Shown here one piece after another: positions 35,501 through 47,700 of a stretch of 64,000 nt of DNA (position 1 is its first letter; the number at the start of each line of letters is the position of its first letter). Below the pieces are notes generated by a model that saw nothing but the letters and a program-made list of their open reading frames with translations, did not search any database and was not told where the DNA came from. The stretch lies in contig ADNK01000135.1 in assembly GCA_000320545.1 (NCBI GenBank), positions 1 to 64,000 of the forward strand, read 5' to 3'. A program made the translations under genes and the position numbers. This DNA is from Bigelowiella natans CCMP2755 (lineage: Eukaryota > Protista > Cercozoa).

Positions 35501-37944
35501 CGGCGTAGTGCCGGTACTTTATCGGTGCTATCATCGTCAACTTTCCAAAAAGATGCTGCTGGTTATTTTGAATAACCCTTTTGCATGCAACATTTTTAAG
35601 AACTCCTTTCTCGTTGAAGTTGTGCCCGCGGAAGTCCTTGTACTCGGTGGTAGTAATCACGATCTGGTCTCCCTTCGCCCACCCAACACAACGCTGCAGC
35701 CAAAGGACTTTGTCTCCTATGTTTGCTCTCTTTGCAAGCGATGTCCACGTCGGCTGGTGCATCATCCCATGAATATCCAGCATAGACCCAGAGAACGCTA
35801 TGATGCCCTTCTCGTCGTTATTGATAGCATTTCCAGTCAGCGTGATGGTAACCTTGCTCCTGATTCGACATGTGGGAGACCCGACGCGCAGCTTTCCGTA
35901 CACGTAGATGGATGATACTCTCAAGTTGGTGTTGGCGTCGCTAAATATCAGCTGAGAAGACTCTGGCACCGTAATCGTCTTGTACTTATTTTTCAGCGAA
36001 CAAGAACTGATCAATACCTTGGTATTCTCCGGAAGTGTTACATGCGAATTTCCGGAAGGCAGTCCTCCATTCCAAGTCCTCCTATCGTGCCAATCCTATG
36101 TTGGATCAGTTATGTGGCAGCAAAGGAGGAAGTAGAAGAAAATAAGATGAGGAAGAATCAGCATCACCACCATCCTAACCATAATGTCCGTCTCTTCGTA
36201 AGGACAATTCTCCATTTGGTTATACGTTTCAACCTGAGTGGGTGAATCGATGAGAATTATGATGCTGAATAGAAGGGGGAGGAGGGGGGGGGTTGAAAAC
36301 CCAAGCAGCTTCTTCCCGATTCTCTTACTTTTCCATATGATGGACTACTACAAAATTGAAATTGCTACCATATCCATCTGTGGAATGGTAGAGAAGATGC
36401 CATTCATGCTTGTGATTAGTTTGAAGTTGACAGTCGCATCTGAAACACGCGGAATGCTCAGCCAGTTGGGAAGCGAGTTCCAATTGTCCCGTTGACAGGT
36501 GTATCCTGTGGGTTATCAAGTAAATGAGGTGCTGATGCTGCTACTGGTGGTGGTGGTGGTGGTGGTAACTGCAATATTTTGGGGATTGACAGTGATATAT
36601 GCCTATAAAGATAATTTCTCTTCTGCTCGAAACTGCTCAGTTTCAACTCTTAATCCGATACTGCAACTACCACACCATGAGTACTTTGTGTAGTACATTT
36701 TCCATCTCCATCCGTCTTCTACCTCCTCCTCCCCTTCTTCTTCCCCTTCACGCTCTTTGGTGTCATTCATTTTGCATTCATCGATAAGGCGACGCACGTG
36801 AAGCGACCTGTTGGAGAAGGTGTTTGGGGGGCCGTCGGTGTTGCCGATGGGTATTCTGTTGGAAACTACTCACAAGAGATCAACAAAACACAGCGATATC
36901 AGATGCAAAACCGTCTTTAACTATCTCTTCCGAAAGCGTATCAAAATTCCATTCCTCCTTCCACATCTCATCCTTTAAACGAGTAGTACGAGAACACTTC
37001 AGCGCCATCTTTTTATTCATTATCATCATCATCATCATCATCATCATTATCATCGCCGTCTTTATCATTTGCAACTGCGGTGTGCATCCTTATGCTCTTT
37101 TCTTTCATGCGGCATTGTCCGTTTCACATGGAATCAAAGATCCCTTCATACTTCACAACAAAAAACTTATGAAACTGTTACCTTTGTCGGAAGTCTGGTG
37201 GGAGAATTCGTGGGGATGGTGGTTGGGGTCTCCGTTGGGTCAGGAGTTGGATAATCTGTGGGAAAGAGCGTCGGAAACTTTGACGGGTTATTCGTTGGGT
37301 AGTTTGTCGGGTATTTTGTCGGAAAGAGAGTAGGAAACTTCGAGCTCATCACCCTAGGTGATACCGTTGGTGTGATTGTTGGTGTGCGTGTTGTAGGGTG
37401 TACTGAAGGTGTTTCTGTTATCGGACAGCCAGTAGGAGAAATGCTCTCGCCAGGGTGTGTGGGGGAGCTGGTAACTATATAAAGCAGCAGCAGCAGCAGT
37501 AACAGCAAACACGCACACACATATTCACACACACACACACACACAAACATACAATACAAAGAGACAAAGGATCGTAACTTGAGACTGCTGTCTGTTCTTG
37601 CTGAAAAGTGAGTTGAGGTTACCAACAACATATCAAGAAAGAAGCGTAGGACACACACACACACACACACACACACAAGACATTTAGAACGCACTTGGAG
37701 AGGATGAGGGCGAGAGTGTGATAGGCGCTTTTGAGGGGAAGGCTGTCAGGACAGAGTTCGTAGGAAAGCGAGTCGGCTGCGCTGTGGGATCTGGGGATGG
37801 ATATGTCGTCGGAAACTTGGTGGGAGTCATAGTAACTCGTCTAGATGGCGCGCTTGTCGTCGGCGATTTCGTCAATGGCAGCAGCTCGATTAATGCATCT
37901 AAATGAGTGTGATCTTTACGAATGAAGTTGTGGCCGTGAATGAC

Positions 37945-37977
<33 letters not shown>

Positions 37978-38724
37978 ACAATTGACAATGATGATCTAAC
38001 AATGATGACGACGACGTGAAAATCATCCTGTCCGTAAACCATCTCAAAATCCTTGTACAACTGCCAATTCATACCGATAGAGTTTACTGTGGCTCCTCCC
38101 ACGATGATTTCCCCGGGAAACTGGGTGAATGACGCCGCGATTTCCGCTGCGACTCTATGCACAGGTTATCAAGCCAAGATGATAACTGAGGATAAACGAA
38201 GAGGATGATACGTTCATACATGGCGCACGTGCATGCCAATAAATATGATAGTCACCAATTTGTCGTACATATTCACGGGGGTTCGGTTGCCAAAAGCAGC
38301 ATCTCTCAGTACGACCTGGTAAATATATATCATATAGAGTTATTGCAAAGCAATAGAAGAACTACGGGTGTGAGAAAGAAAGCATCTTTGTTCTTTGGTG
38401 ATAGATTCTTCAAGGAGATAAGTAAAGTAAAAATTCTCTCAAATAAATGGTATCGAACGTTTCATTTTTCTATTTCTTGCTTCTCGTCTTCTTCTTTTTC
38501 TTCTTTTTCTTTTTCCTTCTTCTTCAGCCTCTCATACTGCCACTACGTGTCGCGTACGTCAACAATAATTGATCCTGGCGAAACAGTCACTTGAATGATT
38601 TGCTCATCCGTAATGGCATTAGCAGATCGGAGTTTCACCTATGGAAAATAATGATTTTATGCTCTTTTTTGGTTTTTGATAGGGATCTATGTGATACTGC
38701 ATACTGTGTAATAGAATATATATT

Positions 38725-38762
<38 letters not shown>

Positions 38763-40153
38763 TACATATTTCTACATGTGTGTGTGTGTGTGTAGACGAA
38801 TATAGAAAGATGATAAGAGAGAAGGGAGGGGAATAGGATATAGGCTCTATCAAATGCCTACTACGTAAATCACCTGATCTATCATATACTGCTCAACCTG
38901 GTCCTGATGAGAAGAAGAAATCACCGAAAATCATCATACGAAAAAAAGAAGGTGCAACATGAATGCCAACCCTTTCAACACTTGACATATCTAACACGTC
39001 TCCGGGAAATGTTAGCGATAGCCTTATCTATCAAATAAGTTGGAGGATTTTATGTCAGACTTTGATTTCGAAATTGAAAATGAGATTTTAGGTCAAGAGT
39101 TTGACCTCGAAATTGATAATAATGTCGGCATTTAAAGTATAATGATAGCAATGCGTGAGCAGCTGGTATATTAGTTGAAAGAATGTAGTACATCCACTCC
39201 AATGTAAGTGTAAGTAGGAGATGGGGGTTGAGCTGCACCGTCGCCAGTGCCCACTCCCTCACCAACCCCGCCAAGAAAAAGTGACACGGCTACAATCACT
39301 GTCACAGCCAAAGCACTTATGATCCCTGCCTTGATGCAATTGCACTTTCTCTGACTAAGATCGCTTGCAAACCGCTTCAAATGGATAAAAGAGCTTCCAT
39401 TATCTAAGCTTGGCCTGGGAGATCCATCGTTGCCCTGGATGAAGACATTTCGCCCAAGAAGCTGACTCCTGGGGCGCGGAGAAGGGTTCGGCGAAACGCT
39501 CTCCGGAGTGCCTGGAGTAATCATTATAGGACATTCAGGGAATAATACAATATGCATATTCGACACACTTGAATATGACATTTGAAGGGGGGTTGCTGGG
39601 TTTACTCAGATGTTATATTTGCATAACAGAAAAAATAGTCAGTGAATAGTTGAGAAATACGCGAAGCAATAATTCCATCGGTTCGGTGGTGCCCGACGGA
39701 AGAGTGGCCAGACGAAGGACTCTCGATACTAAATCCGCCTAGAGGGTTTCTTCCAATCTCCACAGGATTTCTATTCGCTCCTACGAAGGGATTTCGACCC
39801 CGATGAGGGGAAATGGTTGGAGGGTGTAGGTTGGTGCGGGACGGGGGGGATAGCGAAGTATCTCGAGCGCTGGATGGACTGAGAGGCTGTCTTCGTCCTT
39901 CTGTACAATCTCCTTCTGCGATAAAACCTCGAGATTTTGACTGCTGAGTGAGTCCCTGCTCTTTACAATCGCCTACTGCATGAGCCCCAGGACTTAGGAT
40001 TAGGGGTTCCCCACCGTCAGCTGGAGTAACGATCAGGGAAGGCATTACTTCGCCTTCAACTGAAACCCCGATTTCCATCTTAACTTGCTCGTCTTCATAC
40101 CAATTATTCCGTTTCCCGGTCTTGGAAATGTTTGGAAGGTCGACTGGATCCAT
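32501..40153 (-). CDS. G8-domain / beta-helix surface protein (TMEM2/CEMIP/fibrocystin-L-related protist family) with N-terminal cytosolic region, TM helix and Pro/Thr stalk; many exons
   Basis: G8 domain (VTLPENTKVLISSCS...IYVYGKLRVGSPTCRIRSKVTITLTG...LDIHG...PTWTSLA...YQAEVAVLTRNIKIEG). Also RYPLHFHLMG...SVHESYYRCIVAHGT...NVAFDAIGMCIYMESGIEERNKISFNLAAHVH. TM helix AGIISALAVTVIVAVSLFL at ~39270-39330. Joining the 5' exons to the G8 part is inferred. Confidence 0.8.
32830..32905 (+). mobile_element. Solo end of the TGAGACGG-TIR MITE family inside the last intron of the G8 gene
   Basis: Hairpin tgtagccg..cggctaca followed by ttaggatgaccattggaaagatttaatcaattccttacttccgtctca. Confidence 0.7.
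37175..37880 (-). repeat. Coding PT(xx)PT mucin-like repeats of the G8 protein stalk (two exons)
   Basis: SKFPTLFPTKYPTNYPTNNPSKFPTLFPTDYPTPDPTETPTTIPTNSPTRLPT and MTPTKFPTTYPSPDPTAQPTRFPT. Confidence 0.85.
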
Positions 40154-40579
40154 GGCGAGATTGGAGATTCTTTGGCAACCGAGGAGGGGAGTGCAAAGTG
40201 ATCAGTGATCAATGACCAAAGGCTTGAAAGGAAGAAACCTACAATCAATCCTTAAACAATTTCATTTACGTCCTGCGACAACATTCATCGACAGATTCTT
40301 GGTAGAAAATACCCTGTCATCGTACATCATCGTGGAGCACTGTCAGCACACATCCGTTTCAAGTTCGCTCCACGCTTATTCCGAGCAGTAAACTACCTCC
40401 ATTTCTTTCTGAATTCAGGTCTGTGTTGATAATCCAGGGAAAAGCGCCTACGTTTTCCCTCATGATTTGGTGTTTGACTCGGATACTGGGAGAAATTTTT
40501 GTCATTTTTTTCAATAAAAAATGGCCTTCATTTTCTACATGCATCTTCATTGGAAACTGATTACCTCAAGGGTACTCGC

Positions 40580-41700
40580 AAATTTCGACCAACATCTTGG
40601 AATGGACATGCGGATCAACCAATGACAATCGGAATCTCCATTGGAATCCATCCATTCATTCATTTTAGCTGTGCCATCGGAAACATTCATTTCCTCAATC
40701 AACCAGCAGATGGTTCTTTTCTGCCTGCTGGCTTGGTGGTCCTTTTGTTTCGCAGGGAGGATGGAAGTGATTGCATGAGCAGTTGCTGGCACTTCTCTGA
40801 TTCTGGTGGGTGATCCTGTCAACACAAGCTGCGTCGTGAGATCCTAGAACGTGCATCGAGATCTCTAGATCTGTGCGCATCAGCTGCGTCCCACATCCAT
40901 CCACATCACAGTGCTAGAGTGATTGATGGCTAGATGAATCCTGCAGCCTCGTTCTGACCCAGCAATCCAGCTAGCTAGCTAGCTACCAGTCTAGCAGTGA
41001 CACATGGTGCATGCAGGTGCAGCAGCAGTCATGCCATGTGTGCGAGAACATGACCTGACATGTAATTGATCAAAGAGGGTTCAAATTGACATCCGATTGT
41101 TCATTTGACGCTGCAATTCGCAACGCTACGCCATGCTAGCAAGCATGCTAGCATGTGCATGGCGTCTAGCACGTCTAGACGTGTGCAGCACATCAACCAT
41201 TTCGCTGAATTTTGGGTTCGTGTGCGGTCAAATCATCGCATGAGTGTGCATGCATCAATCCATGCTAGCAAGCATGTGGAAATTCAGGCACATTTCTAGA
41301 CTTCTTGTAGTTGTGAAAACATGCGTGTACACAGAAGTTCGAAGAACACATGCATGCGACGAAGACATTGCTAGATTGGTACATGCTAGCATGTGTGTTG
41401 CACGCGTGTGCACGTGTAGAGACTTAAGTCTCCATGATGCACCAGATGACCAGGTCAGGTGTGGCATCAATGGCATGTCTAGACGTGCAGCTGGGATTCT
41501 TCAAAATACAAGCGCATGTGCCATGAACACTCAGCGACACAAGTGCCATGAACACTTAGCGTGCATGTATAAGCATGTTGTTTGGCGTCGTGTTTGTAGT
41601 GTGATGATGATCTAATGACAATCTAGCAATTTTGTAAAATCAATGCATGCGTGCATTGTATTTGGCGATAAAAACATTACAAGGGAAGCATAGCTGTAGT
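40580..41700. other. TpA-depleted, TGCA/CATG/CTAG-rich intergenic island
   Basis: Manual count over 40801-41520: 26 TA, 21 of them in CTA/TAG context (17 CTAG). Abundant gcatgc, tgca and catg. Confidence 0.85.
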
Positions 41701-41753
41701 AGATGATTGAGTGTAGTCTGGTACACGAACTGCTGGTCTCTTCAGCTAAAGAT

Positions 41754-44700
41754 CTATTTTGGTTTGAAGCAGCGATCTAAACTATCAATGAGTACTTGCG
41801 TATTCTTCATGACCTCATCTAGCCCACTCGGAGCCTTCCCTGTCTCTGTGCCTTCCAAAAATCCGGTCAATCGTGCCTTAGCGCCATCTAGTCTAACTTG
41901 AAGCTCTGCGAACTGTGCCCCGAGGTCTTCCAGGTTTCGAAGAGATGCAAGCATCTTGTTGATGTTCCCACTTGCTTCCTGAATCTTGGCCTGCATGCCG
42001 CCAATCGCATCGCGGAGGGTCGACAGCTGCTGCGTTGCCGCTAAGAGATCCGCTGTAGATGATTGTGATGATGAAGATGGTGATTTCCCTGCTTCTTTCT
42101 TCTCTTCTCCCTTCTTTACTTCAGTCGTTGTTGTGCTGCTGTCGTTCTTTGGCGCAGCCGCTCCTTGATCACTAGCATCCGATTGAGTCTTTTTCGTCTT
42201 TTTCACTTCCTCTTGACTAGGAGATCGTGATGGGGTTGGGACTTTGTAGGAAGGAGCATCGACCTTCAGCGGTAATGAAGACGGAGAAACAGAATGCAGT
42301 TTCCCGCTTCGATGGGCTGAGAACCATTCGTGAACAGGTCGGTACTGCTCGTCTGGAGGCGCATGCTTGAACTTTCTGGCTCCGAAGTTGATTCTGACTG
42401 TACCCATGGAACTGGTAGAGAGCGCTGGGATGAGTCCCTTCTCGAAAGAGATGTTTTCAAATGCCACTGAAACCGTACCTTTCCCGACTCCCCATGATCC
42501 GTTGAAGGAGAACTGGACAGTCTTTGCATCAACATCCAGCGCGCATCCGATGATGTCGCCCTTCTTGAACCGGGTGCCGGACTTCACTGGACCGCTCCAA
42601 AGGCGTCTTTTAGAATCATGTTTGAGCTCTGGGAGGCCGTTGATTCCATCGGTGACACCCCATCCCCAACTATGGGCATCATCTCCCACACCCCTCTTCG
42701 TAATAGAACTACCAAAGAAGAACGAGTCGCACCAGCCGATTGTCATCACAGCGCCACCCTGTTTTCCAGATAACTGTTCCAGCTTGGCCTCATAGTACCA
42801 CTTCCCCCTTGTGAGACTGACACGATCCGCTACGATGCTCGGGTAGTGGGAGGATGCGCCCACCGTTCTACCATTGATGAGGGCCTGTGAGTAACCACTG
42901 CTCGCTCGTAGAGGAATGCGGTCTAGCTCCGAAGAGGGGCGTGTGTACTGCGAAATCGATCGGCTCAGCCCTGGCACTGCCAATTCCTTCAGGTCATCAT
43001 GCTCCTCTGATTGCAGCGTCGCCTTCGATGGCGACACAAGTGATGCCGTCGCAGCGGGATTGTAGAGCTCGAGCCACTTGGCGATGGAAAGATACCCGGG
43101 GGGGCACGCTTGCGCGAAAGGAGCGGTTCCGAAGTTAACCGTCACTGTGCATGAGTTGTTGAGGGTAATTCCAGGGGCGAGGCCACCGATGAACTCCATG
43201 TTCTCAGCAGCAGCTCCAAGAGGATCACCATTCTGCCAGAAACGGCACGACCTCGAGTCAATATCAACTCCCACACCGATTATGTCGCCAGTTTTCCACA
43301 TCTTTCCATACGGATGCTGCCCGTTGAACCAGAGGCAGATTCGCTGCCCGTCGTAGCCCCAACTGTGCTTATCGTCTCCCACACCAACCCCGTCACCAGA
43401 ACTGGCATAGAAGTGGAGATCGCACCACCCAATCTGGGCAATCCCAGCTCGCTTCAACTTATACTCCCAGTACCATTTTCCTGAGGTCAGCAAGCAGCCC
43501 TGTAGCACTGCCGTGGGGAACGCAGGACGTGTATTCACAATCACATCCACGGTGTTATCCTTGTGGTACTTGATGCTCATCTTTGCATCGCCAGTGGTGG
43601 GCTTCAACTTGCCGAAGAGGGCGCCTGCATTGAGCGCATGTATCTGCTGCATCTTGTTTCGTGCCCAGGAACGAATAGAGCGGCTACCATCCGGTGCAAC
43701 ATGCCGCCATGGTCGCATACCGAAGTTGACTCGGAACTGGAACGCCGACTCGAAGGAAATAGCTGGGATGATATGCTGCTTGAAAGTCACATTTTGGAAG
43801 GGCGCACCGACAAGTACACCGTTGAGGTAGTAGGAGATGGTCATCTTGTCCCTGCTCGTGATCTCAGCTTTCACGCCAATAACGTCGCCGGTGCTCCACT
43901 TCGGAAGACCAGCATCAGCCGATTCCTTCCCGTCGTGGATAGCAAGCTGCCTGAGGCCGTCATAGCCCCAGCTGTTCTTATCGTCACCGACGCCATGCGA
44001 CGTTGAGTAGTTGGGTCTGAACGCCGCATCAGCCCATCCCAGGCATCCACGGCCTGCTGTGACAACGGTGACCTCGTAGTAGTACCTCCCAGACTGAATG
44101 AGCACGCCACGAGCACAAAGTGTCGGCCGGTAGCCTGGCCGCGTGCTGACGAGGCCGTCATCGTGGAAGTAAGCCATGCCGCCACTCGCCAGCGACATAC
44201 TGCCCAGAGCGCTCAACTCGGCATATGACATATGCGCGAATTTCTCTTCTTCCTCGCCTACACTATCGAGTGTCGTCGTCGTCGCTTTCGCGTTCTTCGC
44301 GGAGGCCGCTGCGGAAGGCAGAAGATTCAGGGGAAGGGCTTTGCGACGCTTCTGCGATAACTTGCCCGGGTTTAATGCGCGGAACAACTCGCCTTTCCCA
44401 TCCTCTCCTTTTGAAGCAGAGGAATATGCGCCAAACCTAGTCGCAAATTCACGATAGTTGAGGTAGCCATCCTGACTCGAGTCGGCCTGCCTCAAGAGCT
44501 GCGCGCATTCCTCCTCACTCAAACCAATATTCAGCTTCATCAGCGCGTTTGTGAGCTCTTCGCGGCTGAGCCAGCCATCGCCGTTAGCATCAAACTTCCT
44601 GAAGATATCGAAGAGAGACATCTTGCCCTTGATCACCGCACAGGTGACTCTGAGGGCTAGGTCTCGCATTCTCATCAAATGTTTCTCGTCTGAGTAGGAG

Positions 44701-47700
44701 AACACCTGTGCGACTGGCATGCCGTCCCACTTCGTACGATCACGACGCCGCGCGCTCACCATGTTGTCAAAGACTATTCTCCTACGTGACTCAGGGGCCG
44801 ATGAAAGCGCCCTGAGCACGCGAATGATACCGTCATCATCGAACCACATCTCATTATCGAAGAAGCGAATGCATTGCCTTCCATCTTCAAAACTGCTTGT
44901 TTGCTGCTGCTGCTTCCCACCACCGCTAATGTTACTCTGAGAGACCTGCTTTGCCATGCTCGTCGCCAATCCTGGAATCTCTTCCTCCTTCACTCCAGCG
45001 TCTTTTAGCTGACGCGTGTACTTTTCGACTAGAAGTGCGAGCTCCGATTTATTGATACCGGTGCTTCCTGAGGACTCTTTGGCTGCTGCCGCTACTGCTG
45101 CTGCCTCCGCTGCCTCTTTGGACGACGCGAGCAAGGAGAAGAGTTCCAGTCCATCGATCGTTGTCATCGACACAGAGGTGCCTTCGAGGCCCGGTACACC
45201 ATCCTCTAGTGCCCTTTTAAGGCTTTCCGCCTCGGCGAGCGAGATTGTCACACAGTATTCTTTAGGCGGAGGAGGAGGGGGTTCCAGTTTCTCCTCATCT
45301 TCCTTTGCCTTTGCTTCCTCGTTACTGGCGGCTTCTTTCTCTTTCATCTCGGCCACTGCCTCGACATAAGCAGCCGACATCCAGTCCGCATCTTTGCCTT
45401 TGACCTCCCTCACCTCCTTGGCGCCCTCAGTTATTTGCGGTCGCCAGGAGATTAGCACTGATGCGTTCTTCATGCGACGCGCAAGATCCGACCGATGCAG
45501 CAGAGGCGCAAAGTTTTCTGATAAGAGAATAGACTTGGGAAATGGTAGTCCAGGCCCAGTTTTCTTGTTGAGGGAGAATGTGCGTAATGGGTAAAAGACC
45601 CTCGGGATGAGCTTACCAGCGTTGGCGAGATCCTCCTTATGCCACACGACGGCTGCCTGCGACGCCGAGGCATAATTTATGCGGACCTTCTCGATCACCT
45701 GTTTGTTCTCCTGCTCCTGCTCTTTTTCCTGCTCCTGCACCATTTCGGTGTCGAATTCCAACGTGTTGGCAGCCTTTTCCTCCGGCGAGTCTTCCTCATT
45801 GCCCACAGCACCTGTTTTCTTCTTGTCGCCACTGCCTCTCTGGCTGAGTTCCTCAGTTTCAACCTCGTTCAGAATGTCCTCAACGACACGCATCTGAGCC
45901 GGGTCAGTCAGGAAGTCACGGCGAGCTGCTACCTGCTCTCTTAGCCTGGCTGAGTACTGCACCTTTGTGGGCGGTTTCTCAGAGATGTCATGGTCGAGCG
46001 GCTCTCGGAATAAGGCGATGCAGCGTGTGGCCCATACTGGATCGATATCCATGGTCGCCTTCTTGCCGTACGATAGTTCCAGGGCAAATCTGAGCTTTTC
46101 TTCATCGCTCATTTCGGCGACTGGTTTACGTCCCGCAACGACAGTGGAAGAGCCAGCCTTTCTACCAGCACCAGCACCAGCAGCTTTGTTTTTGGAATCG
46201 CCAGCCTTTTTCTCAGCAGCACCATCCTCAGTGCCCACAACCGACCATGTTGCTGTGCAGCTACTTAAATCGGCTGGTTTTGCTGCAGCTCCTTCTCCTC
46301 CTGTAGCCGCTGGTGCTGGTGTTGAAGCAGACGACCCTGCTGCTCCTCCTCCTCGGAAGCCAAGATCAAACACAGTCATTTTCTGATTTCCATACTGAGA
46401 GCCAACCACGTCTTTGAGTTCTTTCCCCTTGAATTGGATTTGTACTTTGGCACCTTCAGGCAACTTGCCCTCCACGCGTATCTTCTCTCGTAAATCAGAG
46501 ATAAAAGTTAAAGGCGTGCACGATATCTTAAAAGACGTCGTCTGTCCCTGTGCCTCTGCCTTTACATCGTCCCCTCCTCCTTCCTTCGTCTCCTCTCCTT
46601 TCTTCTTCTCCTGTTGCTCCTTCGTCTGAGCCGAAGAGGTGGAAAGAGCGACAGTGATATCAAAGGCTTCTTTTGGGATAGTAATGCCGCAGGAGGTGAC
46701 AAAATCGGTGAGGCCCTTAATCTTGGCTTCAGGGTCGTTGCCAAATTGCGACATAATCATGCTCAAGGGCACCGGCAGCTGCGTCTTGGAAGTCCTCACA
46801 CTTTTCACGATAAGGCGAAGATGCGCTTGTTGCTCATGCCCCTTGGCCTCGAGCTTCTTTTTCTTCTCTTCGAGTTCTTTCGGATCGAGAATCTCCACGC
46901 CCATTCCCTTTGCTATATCTGCAAGTGCGCCTACCCCTTTGGCGAGCGAGCCTGCTTGGGCAATCAGGTCTTGAGGTGCGATTGGTAGCTGTTTGCCGGA
47001 GGCGCGAATGGAAATCAGAATCTGATCTAGTCGCTTCTTGGCTTCTTCATTCTCCTTTTTCTTCTTCTCAGCTTCACGATCCGCGTCTGTAAGCACTGAG
47101 TGCTCTTTAAGCGTCAATTGAATCTCCTTTTCGTCTGTAATAGCCCGCCGGAAACGTGAAGGCAGCAGCTCGCCCGCTGTCGCGACCGAGGGCGCCGCGC
47201 TCTCGATGAGTGAAACCCATGCCTGTCGCCTCCATGCGTTGTTGAGGAGCTGCCCGCAGAGTGCCAGGTGCTGTAAGTTCTCTGATCTCATCGAATTAGT
47301 GGTGAGCCACGCCACAACATCGCACAGAATATTGCCGGTATTCGACGCCTTTCGAATCAGCTGGCGAACTTCACCTACAATCAACACACATAGCGTCTGT
47401 CCCTTGGCCAGCCCACGGAGCCTGTAACAGCCTTGCTTGTAGTCTCGGAAAGTCATGTCTTTCCCAAGGGTGACAGCAGCCTTAGCATCCAGCGCCTGCT
47501 TGATATCCATACCAGTCGTGTGCACCTGGTCGTAGAACGTGAAGTAGCGCTCGGGGGAAACACCGCAGCGGCTGAGCGGAACAGGGCGGCCGCCAGTCCT
47601 ATCCACAACCACCTTTCGATCCGATTCGTCAAGATAGACGCACGCGTCTACACCCAGCAGTCCATTCTTGAGGAGAAACCTGGCTACTTGCTCGTTGGTC

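Noticed and set aside
40580-41700. Islands as products of CpG-methylation decay or classical RIP
   Set aside because: CG remains common and TA is depleted rather than enriched, the opposite of both expectations (judged by eye, not computed).
42340-44620. Ryanodine receptor or RNF123 call based on triple SPRY plus EF-hands
   Set aside because: No channel TM domain, RIH/MIR domains or RING finger is visible; the core is DUF3638/DUF3645.
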